A stretch of DNA of 64,000 bases, from assembly GCF_026571515.1 (NCBI RefSeq), contig NW_026860429.1:248001-312000 (forward strand). The letters run 5' to 3'. The stretch is from Ruditapes philippinarum. Its lineage: Eukaryota. The notes beneath the pieces are model-generated. The model did no database searches and had not been told where the DNA came from. It worked only from the letters and a program-made list of their open reading frames with translations. The position numbers were made by a program, and so were the translations under genes. Numbering within the stretch: position 1 is the stretch's first letter; each line of letters starts with the position of its first letter. Shown in pieces: positions 1 through 11,774 of the stretch.

Positions 1-1825
1 AAAAGTATGTTAAACATGTGTCTTATTTAACGCTTTAATCTAAGCCTGCACGTGAGAAAAGTTATTAAAAAATATAGCCACTTAAATCTGAAGATTTAAG
101 AAGGGAAGATTTTAGACAGATTTGAAAGCTGACGAGCCAAAATATTTCAAGAAAATCAAACTTGTTTTCAAACAAGATTTTAAGGTAGGTAAAAATATTC
201 GAGATTCAAGTAATAATAAGCATGTTATTTGCAATAAAAGTGGCATTATGCTTATGTTTTCGCTGTCAAGTTGAGGAATAGGTAATATATTTCAAGAGTT
301 TGAGTATTGTTATGGTGATTGGTCAATAACTGATAATAAAAAACGTTTCGGGTAAGATTTAGAATTTACCTAAATTAGAAAATGACTGTCCCAACGGATG
401 ATATTTTATTGAAATTTCCGTGGATCACTTAAATTATTGATTATTTTTGCATAGAAATATATATAACTGAACACAAGTGTGGCAAAAAGAATATTTTTTC
501 TTTTACTTGCGCACTAACCATTCACATTTGGATGGACATAATATCACTTTAAGGACTGGCTTTCTGTAATCACCATATTTGTACTGCGTGACTAAAGTAG
601 TAAAGGGCTGTTTTTGGATAGTTTGACCTCTTTGTTTGGTAATTTACGAGGATTGAAAATGTCGTTTGCAATTAATTTCATTGTTAACTACACAATATTT
701 TACTTTTAAATACCTTTTCAAAATTTTCATAAAAAATAGGTATGAATTTGGAGGCATGCTGATTTAAGAAGTGACGATATCATCGCTAGAAAGAATTAAA
801 GAACCTCTGTTGGTCAGTAAAAACGAAATCGATTGTGGTTAAAAGAGCGTTTTGCTTTTAAAATGATTGATACTTATTGTATTTGTATAGAACTGATTTC
901 ATGTGATTTGTTACAAAATACATGTATTACAAAGTTATTTGCTAGTTTTTAATGATAATTTTCCCGTTCAATAAATTCACAGTGATCTTCCAAGTGCTAT
1001 TTACATATAACGCATATTTGTATAGTATAATGTACATCGGTGTTTATTATTTATTGTAAGAAAGAGTGTCCGTGGCCACTTGCCCCTCATCGCTGTTGGT
1101 TCGAATCTCACCAAGGACTTTGGATTCTTACATATGACGAAGCTATCCTGCTAGCTTACGGAACGTTAGCGGTTCTACCAAGATGCCTCGTCTGGTATAA
1201 TGCACGGCGGATCACCCGAGGTTTTCATCCACCAGTAAAGCTTAAAAAGGCCTTGTATGACATTTACCGTGTTGACACAACGTTGCAGAAATATCATTTT
1301 TATCGGTTGAACGAACTTAATAAATAGGATAATTATTAACCATCGATCGAATAAAGTATCAAATTGCATTTATGTATTTTTTTGCATGAAGATTTCGTTC
1401 TTACGTTATCGAGATTATTTGGCATCCAGCTTTTGACGATTAACAAGATAATTATTGATGTGTAAAAATGTATAATAATATATTGGAAATTGTTTAGTTA
1501 CATGCTGTCGTTAATTACACACTTTAAAATTTTGATCGCCGAAATGTTCCTTACACAAAATACCATACAATAATGTATAGTTGTTATTTTCTGTAAGAAT
1601 AGAACATAAGTTTAGAGGAAATAGGACGACATCTGTGTACGTGACTTTATCTTTCGATAATTATCCGTGCTTACAGACAAACACTTATACCTTTTCAAAT
1701 TTGATATTTACCAGTTAAGGTGAAAATAACTAATATTATATTGTCACGTTTTATTCTTTATTTCAGTCTCATTGATACATGCAAAGTATACCCTGATACA
1801 TTTAAACAAATATGTGAAACATAGA
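1..1825 (+). repeat. Segmental duplication copy A (runs off window start); copy B at 11775-13578
   Basis: Window start AAAAGTATGTTAAACATGTGTC recurs at 11775. The two copies are colinear, including the embedded SINE, up to TATGTGAAACATAGA (1825 / 13578). Confidence 0.93.
1066..1285 (+). mobile_element. tRNA-derived SINE (family A), degraded
   Basis: B-box GGTTCGAATC followed by core GGACTTTGGATTCTT...GAAGCTATCC...CGGAACGT...GGTTCTAC, shared with copies at 12848, 20254 and 20781. Confidence 0.85.
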
Positions 1826-2039
1826 ATGTCGCCATGTAATCTTTACAGTGTTAGTGCGACATAAAACCCAACTAAAAGAAGGGCAACGCAAAGACGAGAC
1901 AATATACAGCGAATACAAATTTGTTTGAGTAATAAAAAACAAAAAAAAAAAAAAAAACCTTTCAATTTGAGAAGAGACACAGTCAAGAAATTTGTCTGGA
2001 AGAAAGTTTTATCATAATCATCCTTGAGATAGTAAATGA

Positions 2040-3280
2040 TTCCAGGATGAGGCCAGTTTTTACCCTAGGTGCATGAGTCATAACACTTTTGAGGTTTTCA
2101 AAGCAATGCTATGTGCCAAATGTAGTCCTAAGCTCTGGGCATTACTATTTTCGACAAAAAGATATGTTTCCTAAACATTAGCCTTCATAAAACAAGTGAC
2201 TCCCGGGGCAGAGCCAATTTGAACCTTAGGGTTATATGACTTTGTTGAAAACTTCAAATGGATGCTGCATGCCAAATATCTGAGCTCTGGGCTTTGTAGT
2301 TTCACACAATAATTCTTAAATGTGTTTATATAAATCAATTGATCCCGGGGCGGCCAATATGGACCCCAGGGGCATGACTAATATCAGTTTTGTAGTGGTC
2401 CACAAGGTAAACATCTCAGCTCTAGATGAAGCTCTGTATATTCAAACAAGAAGACTTAAAAGTTAATTTCTCTATATAAATCTATGTTAATTAAGTGACC
2501 ACGGGGGCGGGCCAAATATTGACCCAATGAACATCACTAATACCAGTTTTGTAGAAGCCAAACAAAGCAATGCTACATACCAAATATCTCATCTCTAGAC
2601 ATTGTACTTTCAAAAAATTTAACTTAAATTCTTGTCCTATACAAACTTTTAATTAAATAAGTGACCACCAGGACAAAATAAGAGGCATGTTAATTAATAC
2701 CAGTTGTGTCGTGGTTACTATCCTGCGCATCTGTCGAATGTCTGAAGTAGCGCGAGTGTATTCAGTGAGCTGCGAAGGGAGAGTATGTCGTGGTCCACAA
2801 ACGGATGCTGCAAGTCAAATATCTAAGTTCAATACTGAACCCAGGGGCACGATTCAAATTAGTTAGGTAAAGGTTAATAAGGCAATGCTACATTCCAAAA
2901 CTCTAAGCTCTAGACTATGTAGTTTCGCTCAAAGAGACTTAAACGTGTTTCCTATATAAGTTTATATACATAAAGGTATCTCTAAGGTGGGACCAATTTC
3001 GGTATCAGGAATTGCAATCCATTGTCCTGCACATTGTCTGATTATTAGTATAAGATATAGTTCTGAAAAAAAGTTTTAGTTTTTTTCTATTGGTTCAAAA
3101 GATACAGAGCAGACACGAATTTTTTAAATTCAAACAAAATATCTTTGACCTTGATCTGAGGAAGTTAACTGTTCCGCACATCTAAACATTGCTGCCGAGC
3201 AGTTTCAATTTCTTTTAGCCGGTTCAAAAGATACAGACCAGATACGAAATTGCTATCAGACGGACGAACGGCCGAACGAC
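2040..3280. mobile_element. Degraded non-autonomous element with internal ~145-165 bp tandem repeats and an ACGG-like microsatellite (pearl/HINE-like)
   Basis: Recurrent GTGAC.CCCGGGGC (about 2197, 2341, 2495, 2661) and GCCAAATATCT.AGCTCTAG motifs. CAGACGGACGAACGGCCGAACG near 3257. Confidence 0.65.
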
Positions 3281-3470
3281 CAGTTGCACGAAAATGGCAT
3301 GCATACAATCATATATACTAAGAATAACTTCCAATTTGAGTGCATTGGTCTTTTGTTTTTGTTGTGTCCTCTGTGGGATATATAGAAATAGTTTCTATTA
3401 GCACATTGTAATTAATGGATGTACGGACGTCATCTTTTGTTTATTGTTATTTTTTTTTATTTTGCGAGCA

Positions 3471-3479
3471 TATATAAAT
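3471..3479 (+). promoter_or_regulatory. TATA box of GLIS2-like gene
   Basis: TATATAAAT about 75 bp upstream of ATG 3549, conserved at the same position in the paralog (63457-63465). Confidence 0.6.
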
Positions 3480-3548
3480 ACAATGTTCCAGCCAACATTT
3501 TATATTTTCATTGCAACTATCATATATGTGGAATACATAGTTCTGAAA

Positions 3549-3623
3549 ATGGTTTGGTATCATAAATTTGCTTTTGCACGGAATCGCAGTAAATCTTACG
3601 TTGGCAGAGAAAATATTCACGAG
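3549..3623 (+). CDS. GLIS2: GLIS2-like exon 1 ([25 protein letters not shown])
   Basis: ATG, 25 codons, GAG|GTATGT donor. Conserved in the paralog at 63533. Confidence 0.7.
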
Positions 3624-6600
3624 GTATGTCTAATGCATTTTATGGAGGCTTTGACATTTTGTAAAAGAAGTGCTTTTTTCTGCATTTTGTATGATAAAGA
3701 TGAAAGTCTGATAACTGAAAATATTTCAACTGCAGGCATCAACTTTTAATTTGCACCTGATAGATGCAGCAATGTAAAATGTTGATAAATACACTTATTG
3801 TAAATAAAAGCAAAATATTTCTTTTCGCTATTTAATTTTTCTTTTTGCTACACGAAGCGCTTCTTTAATATCAAGCATTTTTGTAAATACTTACTTTTTG
3901 TTAACAAAACTTTTTTTTATCTAAAGTGACATTATGCACTAGTGTAAATGGTGAAGGCATAGGTAAAAGTCAAAATATCTTAACATTATGCCATATCTTT
4001 GTTCAGTTTTATATTTTAATATGCAAAAATAAAATCAATAATCCATGTTAGCCACTGGAGTTTCTATAAATATCTTTAGTAATGATTTGCTAACATTTAA
4101 ATTTAAAAAAGAGTGAGCAGTCTTTTTACAATTTGGGTAGTTTTTGTATTTTCAATTTGAAAACACGAACGTTTTAATGTATTATGTAAAATCAGTAATT
4201 ATTTAATAAAATATGTAAAACTATAGGATACGTATGAAACAGATGGAGTAAATGATCATGGCAATACAGCCGAGGAAGATATGGAAAATGATCAGGAAGA
4301 TTCTTTAGATATCATCAAAGATCAACAACAAGGTAAAGTCAGGCATTTAATTCATACTGAACATATGATGAAATTATTTATGAATATTAAGATTGAATAA
4401 GAAAAATTATTCATATGCGTATTGAGTATTTAGTGTTAGAAAAATTAAATAATCATTCGAATTGAACACCAAAGGGACCTTTAAGTGTCTATAAAAATTT
4501 ATAAAAATGCTTAAACGTACAATAAGTGAATTTGCCGATAAATACATGCAATATAAAATGCTGAAAAGTTATCTTGTTATCTAAAATATATTCATTTTGC
4601 AAGTATCTTCAATGATAATAAGTTGTGAACAATTGATTATTTTACAGACAAAGTTGAGGAACGACGTCAATGCAGGTTAAGGACCTCACCAAATGGACGA
4701 TTTCAAAGAAGAAAATCGCTCTGCATTCGGCCTATTCCGATTATTTCTATAGATAGACCAAAGTCATCTTTTACTGAAAATTCATCCGCAGAGACGATAT
4801 CGAAAGAAGGAATGGAATCGCAGCTTTTACATTCCCGGTCGACGTCAGAATCATCAGTACACTCTCCGCGTATACCACAGTCAGTGACTGCAGCACTTTT
4901 GTCGAACCCATCCTTTAAAACATCAGATAATTCGGCACCTTCGTTCATAGAGTCATCATTACTAGAGCCTCCTACATCATATAAAAGATCGAAACCTTCT
5001 CCGCTTATGAACGTTTCGACATCGCCAGTGTCTTCAAAGTTTCTAACACCATCAAACTCACCACTATTCTCTCCTCTAAAAGCATCGTCGGCGTCGGAGT
5101 CACAATATATGGACTTTCCAGGTTTAGCATCGCCTACACTGTCGAATCACTTGCCAGAACTGAAAACATCAAACGCTTATGAACAATTCTGGGATTGTTC
5201 ACCTAATTCATCATCGCCTTTGACCTTTTTGCAGTCCTCACATATAGAAGCACCAGCATCCATCGAAGAGTGGAGGCATTCTCCGTTTCTAGAAATTTTA
5301 AAATCACCTTCACATTCAAGCCATTTCCAACCTCTTGAAGGTTCACCATTAGTGGGACGATTCAGGCAGTCACCGTTTTTTGAATCATCAGTATCATCGA
5401 CTAAATCAATGCTTTCTCCAATTTCAGTGTTATCAGCATCGCGCTCGCCAATATTGCATTCTCCATGCTCCACAAAATCATCGTCGCCAATGAATGTGTT
5501 ATCACATACAAACTTGAGATCAAGGGCAGATGCTAACTACTTTTCCCCAGATTGTGTTGATGAAGTAGTAAGTATGACCTTTGATTCTTTTGAATTTTTT
5601 TTTTTAAATCTTCAAAAAAGCGATCATTACAAGGGACATAAATAAATAATAATTCATTAACCTCAGACTAAACATTAATAATGAATTAAAAACATATCGA
5701 CAAGTTTCCGACTTCTCAAATCTTTACAAAATGAATAAATCTCCGAAATGACAAGAAGCTTAGCAAACAGATTATTTACTGCATTATTTGTTAAATGGTT
5801 TAAGCTATTAGAGTCACTAGGTTCCTGTGTTCATGAGATATTAATTTATGGAATGTTTTGCATTTATAACAGAAGTTTACAATCCAAAATATGGCACGTG
5901 AAGTTGACAAGCTACCTATGTCTGACTCAAATGGCGTGTTACAATGCAGGTGGACTAATTGCGGCAGCACGTTTACTTGTTTGAACGAATTTTTTGGTCA
6001 TGCCAATAGTCATGTTCAACATCTCGAGAAACAAAAAGCTGAATATCATTGCAAATGGGCTGACTGTACAAGAAAAGGCAAAGGATTTAATGCGAGGTAA
6101 ATCTAAATCTCAACATTCTTCATTTTTGTTCCATCGACATGTAAAGAAAACACATTTCGTTATTGTCTTATCGTTTCAATCTGTTGAATGTAATTTTGGT
6201 AAACTGTTTACTTTATTGGTTGTGTTTTTTCCAGGTATAAACTGTTGATTCATATCAGGACTCATACGAACGAAAAACCGCACAAGTGCTCTCGATGTGG
6301 AAAACAATTCTCAAGGCCTGAAAACCTAAAGATTCACATACGATCACACACAGGTAAACACTTTTAACTGCCTTTCTTTATCTCCTGGTAAAAAACAGAG
6401 CTACCTCTTTCTGGGAAACGCTCTGTTAAAACATAAATTCATCACTTTTACTTTTCCTGAAAACTTTAATCAAATCTACACGGTATAGCATTCTTCGTGT
6501 TTTGAATATTCGAAGCAGAGTTTCGAAAAATATAATTTATTATAATAAGTCAACACGAGATTGTTGTTTTTTTCCTGCGACATGGCACTAGCTTGGAAGT

Positions 6601-7234
6601 AGTGATTGAGTAGTTTACCGTATACCTCCGGAAGTGGTAGCTCTGTTGTTAACCAGGCGTGATTATTGATAGACATTTTCCTCTCTGAATTTAAAACCAT
6701 GTTGGCAGATTCTTTCTTGCTATTTAATACATAATTAATGTTAGATTAAATTTTAATAATATTCCACAGTATGTGTTTGTGTCTTTTGCATTATAATCAA
6801 TAATTTATGTAAATTATAATATAATAACAATATGTATAAGATCCCTGTTTTATCAAAATATTTCAATTAATTGTTCGATGTTTTCATGAATTTCAAAATG
6901 GTTTTGTATTTCCAGTTTGATTTTCTGCCGTGATTAAAAATATATTTGTCTTTTAGGAGAAAAGCCATGCGTCTGTCCGTATGAAGGTTGCAACAAATCG
7001 TATTCTAACTCAAGCGACAGATTCAAACACGTTCGAACTCATAAAGAGGCTCGGCCATATGCTTGTAAAACACCGGGCTGTCATAAGAGCTATACAGACC
7101 CAAGTTCGTTGAGGAAGCATATGAAGTCACAGTCTCATTATTACAAAAAACAAAGTAGAGATAATACACCACCTGCTTCTACAAGTTTCCAAAACACAGA
7201 CACTGCAAACATGGACACATCGGATGACAATTAA
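3549..7234 (+). CDS. GLIS2: GLIS2/sugarbabe-like C2H2 zinc-finger transcription factor, 6 coding exons (3549-3623, 4227-4332, 4648-5567, 5873-6096, 6235-6353, 6957-7234), 573 aa
   Basis: All introns are GT-AG with matching phases (0,1,0,2,1). Spliced fingers read ...[72 protein letters not shown]...[19 protein letters not shown]. The HTNEKPH linker, CxxC finger 3 and SDRFKH are GLIS2-subfamily signatures. Exons 1-2 are less certain than exons 3-6. Confidence 0.88.
4227..4332 (+). CDS. GLIS2: GLIS2-like exon 2 (acidic: [35 protein letters not shown])
   Basis: TAG acceptor, open acidic frame, AAG|GTAAAG donor. Phase-compatible with both neighbours. Confidence 0.72.
4648..5567 (+). CDS. GLIS2: GLIS2-like exon 3 (Ser/Pro-rich region)
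   Basis: TTTTACAG acceptor. The frame includes ORF 4812-5645. GTA|GTAAGT donor. Confidence 0.85.
5873..6096 (+). CDS. GLIS2: GLIS2-like exon 4 (ZF1 and first half of ZF2)
   Basis: CRWTNC...HANSH and CKWADC...FNAR. AG|GTAAAT donor. Confidence 0.92.
6235..6353 (+). CDS. GLIS2: GLIS2-like exon 5 (end of ZF2, ZF3)
   Basis: TTTTTTCCAG acceptor; [21 protein letters not shown]...HIRSHT; CAG|GTAAAC donor. Confidence 0.93.
6957..7234 (+). CDS. GLIS2: GLIS2-like exon 6 (ZF4, ZF5, short tail, stop)
   Basis: TTTTAG acceptor; [12 protein letters not shown]...TDPSSLRKH; TAA at 7232-7234. Confidence 0.92.
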
Positions 7235-7815
7235 AGAATCCTTGTGCCAGAAAGTACATCAACTTGTCGACCTTTGGACTTGATATCAATATATACTGCT
7301 TCAGTGATGGCATTGACATTTAAAATACAAGACACTTGCAACGCAATATTTATTTTATATTTTGCCGAACGGAAAAATATTCGTCTGCATTGAATTAATT
7401 TTTGAAGAAAAAAAAAACCAGGATAGAGAATGGGCCAGTCCATTAACAAATCAGAAGGAAAAAGGTTAGCTTTGAACGCTAAAGAACACAAAACTTAAAG
7501 ACATACTTTAGATCCGATGACGAAGTGTGTTCAGTTCAAATACGAGCATAACGTTTGCTAAATGAATATGCATGCAAACGTAAAAAAATATGTTTATATT
7601 AAACATTCATTTGTGTTATACACATGATGTTGTGTCGTCAAGTTAATTGTAATGTATGACCACAGCTACCGAAGAACAACTTCTTACGTTCCGGTGACCG
7701 AAACAGTCTTAAGTACTTGCTAAAAATAGCTTTATATATGTCAACAAGATGCCAGGTTTAGATGTCAGACTGAAGAATGTAATAATGTTTTGATTCCATT
7801 TAGTCGTTCATAACA

Positions 7816-7821
7816 AATAAA
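7816..7821 (+). terminator. Candidate polyadenylation signal of GLIS2-like gene
   Basis: AATAAA about 580 bp after the stop, followed by T/GT-rich sequence. Confidence 0.4.
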
Positions 7822-9059
7822 TATATTTTCAACTGTATAACGTTAATTAGCAAGTCTTTGTTTTGTTTCCGACTTTATGTAATCTTTAGCAGTACTTTTC
7901 ATTAGCGCAAATAACTGCCATTTTAAGTATTGTCAAGATCAGGGAAAAGTACTCTAGATCGAATTTGTTTGGCATGAGGAAAATATAAAGAAACATTTGT
8001 GTTGAATGATAAAGTTCATTTATTGAAAATGCCATAACTAACATAAATTAAAACTCATACACATAAAACATGTTATATAAATTTGACGAATGATAAAACT
8101 AAGAGGTTACACAAAACTGCCAAATGGGAACCGTCGCCCAGAAATACTAAACTGTAAGAGAGCCACTTTGATGTACGAGTAATAAGATCTTTTTAACCGA
8201 TTGATACTGTGACATCCTTATGGTCCTAGAATATTGCCAACTCGGTTTAATCGGGCTTGTGTATTAAAGGCAGCGGTAGTTGCAAGTTTCCGTCAACAAA
8301 CACTAGACAAGGCTTTAGCACATAAAATCAGCTCATTTATTTTTTCTATAATTACATTTAGTTATCTAAAACTTATCTCCAGTTGGTCTTCAAGATCAAA
8401 ATTACTATCAATATCCAAAGTGTATAACTTATTTTGGTCTGAAGACATATTTGATTATATGCTTAGAATAATAGCATAACAGATATATCTATCAATTACC
8501 GTTGAGAATAACTTTCATATACGATTATTATCAAATACCTCAATATCATGCCGCCGGCAATAGATAGTTAGCTTAATTGATAACACTATTTACAGTCAAT
8601 CACTTATCCATATGTTTGATTCTTTTTAAAGTCGAAGAGCCTAAAATTTTGTCAGACCACTGCGCAGGGTTGTTCAATTTGAAAGCGGTGAAAGTAGGAC
8701 AAGAAAACAAAATTTGAATACTGATGAAGACGAAAACAACTACATTTTTTAACTAGTAGAACGCAAGCAGAATTGGCGATTTTTAGATTAAACTACGAAA
8801 TGTAAAATCGTTAATTCATTAGTAAGGGGAAGCTTTGAGGCATAACATCGGATTGAAAAAATTATTAGAATTTCAAAAATCAATGAATAAAGTTTATGCG
8901 CAATTGTCCAAAGCTATGATTACTTTGCACACAATAGGCAAAGACAAGAAAATCTTAGGTCCGATTACGAATGTTAAATGACAAGAAAACAATCTTATGC
9001 TGGTCTTAATGCATTTAGATATGGCTATGTGATATACAGAAAAGAAGACACTAAAAAGT

Positions 9060-10770
9060 GTCCGAGGCTAGATTCCATAATACTAAATTATACTGGAAAT
9101 TATTGAAAGATATTAGTTATAAAGGTGGAGAAAGCGATGATCCTGCAAATCATAGAGGCATAACTTTAATTAGTTCTTTAGTGACGATTTTTACTCGAAC
9201 TTTTGACAAAAGATTAAACAGCTGGGCTGAAGATACTTTATATATATTAAAGCTCAAGTTAATGAGCACTGTTGACATTTTGTTCTTACTGCACCAGTGG
9301 TTTTGACAAAGGAGGTAAACTCTTTTTGCGCATTTGTGGATTTCAAGAAAAGCTTTTGATGTTGTAGCTAGTTATGTTGTGTTGTTTAAACTTATTAAAT
9401 ATGATATGGTGTTTAGGATTGCATTCTAAAAAGGTATTTAATCTCTGTAAAATGAATTTTAAATGCTTGAATTTTAAGTGAAAGCTTGCTTGATTGGAGT
9501 TAGACAAGGAGAATGTTTATCTCCTTTCCTATTTAGTATTTATCTTACTGATGTTGAGATATTTTACTTAAGGGTATTGACGGTATAGATGTTGGCAGCA
9601 TTAAGATATGTCTGTTATTATACGCAGACGATATTATTTCATTCTCGCAAACAGCACATGGTTTACAAAAATACATTTTATGTTAAGCTGATTATTGTGA
9701 TAGATTGAAACTTGCTGTAAATATCAAAATGATATTTAGATAATAAATGTTATTTGTACCGTAGGAAAGGAGTAAGATAACTCACTTTTAGGCAAAAATG
9801 TAGTAGAGATTATAAACAAATACCTTAGGTTTTTTTATTTTCTTCAGGTAGTTCTTTTAATGAGACGGAAAAAGGACTTTTCGTTCAAGCCCTAAAGGCA
9901 ATGTTTAAAAATGAACAAACGTCTTTACAACTTTACAGATATCAAGCCAAAACATACATGGGATCGTTTTGATTAACTTATTAATCTGATACTAAATTAC
10001 TCACGACATGTTTGGGGTTTAATAAAGGCGTACATGTAGAACGTGCACATTTATGTTTTTTGCAAAGGATTAATTGGAGTAAAAATTTCAACAAAGTAGT
10101 TTTGTTTACGCTGAAACAGGAAGATTCACCTTAGAAATAGATATATATTATAATATCATAAAATTCTGCCTGAAAATTTGAAACTCTCTGTTGAATATAA
10201 TTATAAATGTCTGAAAATCATACAGATAAGAATCTTCGTAGGATAAATTGGGTATTGAGTGTGAAACTTTTAACATCGATCATATTTGGCCTTCGCAGGG
10301 AGTAGAAGATAAAAAGAGCGTTTCTTAGTATTGTTAAATTATACCAACATTATTACACTTCATTATGGCTACTATTATGAAAGATTTAAGTACATATATA
10401 AATGATTCTAGTCGGGCTATATTTCAAAAAATATATATTTGATTTCAGATTCACTAGCTACGTTACTGTCACTAAACATTAAAAAATCAGAGTAGCATTA
10501 ACATGTTAAGATAATCATCGCATAGCTCATTTGAATACACCGGAACATGAGGTCGTCAAAATATAATTCCATATGAAGATAAATGCCCTAGCTGTCACAA
10601 ACAAGAAGATAAATTTCACTTTGTAATTAAATGTCTAGATTCTTTGGAATTTATGAAACAATATGTCAGAAAACTTTTTTGGAGGCGCCCGAGCTATGAT
10701 AACGTTTCGCAATTATTGAATAGAGAAAAAAATCTGTATCTTATAACTTACATACAAAGTTTTTGAAAAA
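9060..10770 (+). mobile_element. Decayed non-LTR retrotransposon (CR1/L2-group LINE ORF2: RT plus C-terminal Cys/His motif)
   Basis: Frameshifted motifs KGG..DDPANHRGITLISS, CAFVDFKK, GVRQGECLSPFLF, LLYADDI (about 9615) and KCPSCHKQEDKFHFVIKC (about 10580). Confidence 0.88.
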
Positions 10771-11774
10771 AGAGAAAAATCAAAACACATAAAAGTAGAT
10801 AAACTAGTTATTTTGTCAGCATCAAACACTTTTCCATCTGTAAATACATAATGGTTGGACATCTATATTGTCTCTTATTATTAAAATGTCTCTTATTATT
10901 GTTATGCATATTTATTGAAAGAAATAATATATTTGTGCATACATGTATATTCAATATTTGCCATCGTACCGTGTATGATATTTCTTGTTCATTTTAGATG
11001 TTGAATTCAGCTTAAGTCGGTCCTAGTAGCTTGCATTTACAAGTACAGTACCGTCAATGAACATTCTCAATCGAACTGAGCTTGTAACATTTTCAATTTT
11101 GTCGTTTTGTGCGTACTTTAGAGATTCTCAATTTAATTGATTATATGCTTTATTGATGTAATGCTCATTGATCATATGTTGTTTATTGCATAATAAACCT
11201 TCTTTTCTTTTCTTCTTCTCCTTCTTAAGTTCCAACAGGACATCAAATACTAAAACAACGACAACGTCGACAACGCAGCGTTCACAACCTTTCGAAAAAA
11301 AAAACTAAATGCAGCAATGACGTAAAGCACTGGGTGGTTTGACCACCCAGACATTTGAACATACCCTAGCTAGAAGACGCAACGTTTTATTTATGTTATA
11401 ATTTATTGTGAAAGGATAAATGTTTAAAAAAAAAACAAATTTCTCGGAGTTGGTCTTCAAAATGGTTTCATGCCGAGTTAGCTATTGTTTTTGTTTACAT
11501 TGTTGTATAATGAAAAAAGTTATTTTCGGTAGATAATACTTAAGAATAACCTCAATCGGACATGATAAACAAGGCTGCTAATTGAGCGAAGTGTTTTATA
11601 GATTTTTAAGGTCTCACACGCCGTTTTTTTTCAAAGATGAAGTGTGAACGAACGTGAATAAAAAAAAATCTATCGGGTATCCGGTTGAAAAATTACAATT
11701 CCAATTAACTGATGCATCTTAATTAATTTTTTATAATTTACTATGTGTAGTTGGTCTTAGAATCGCTTTCAATT

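Noticed and set aside
2040-3000. CRISPR-like repeat array
   Set aside because: Eukaryotic context; whole ~150-bp units are degenerate repeats with no unique spacers and no cas genes.
5568-5645. C-terminal part of ORF 4812-5645
   Set aside because: Read-through into an intron past the GTAAGT donor at 5568.
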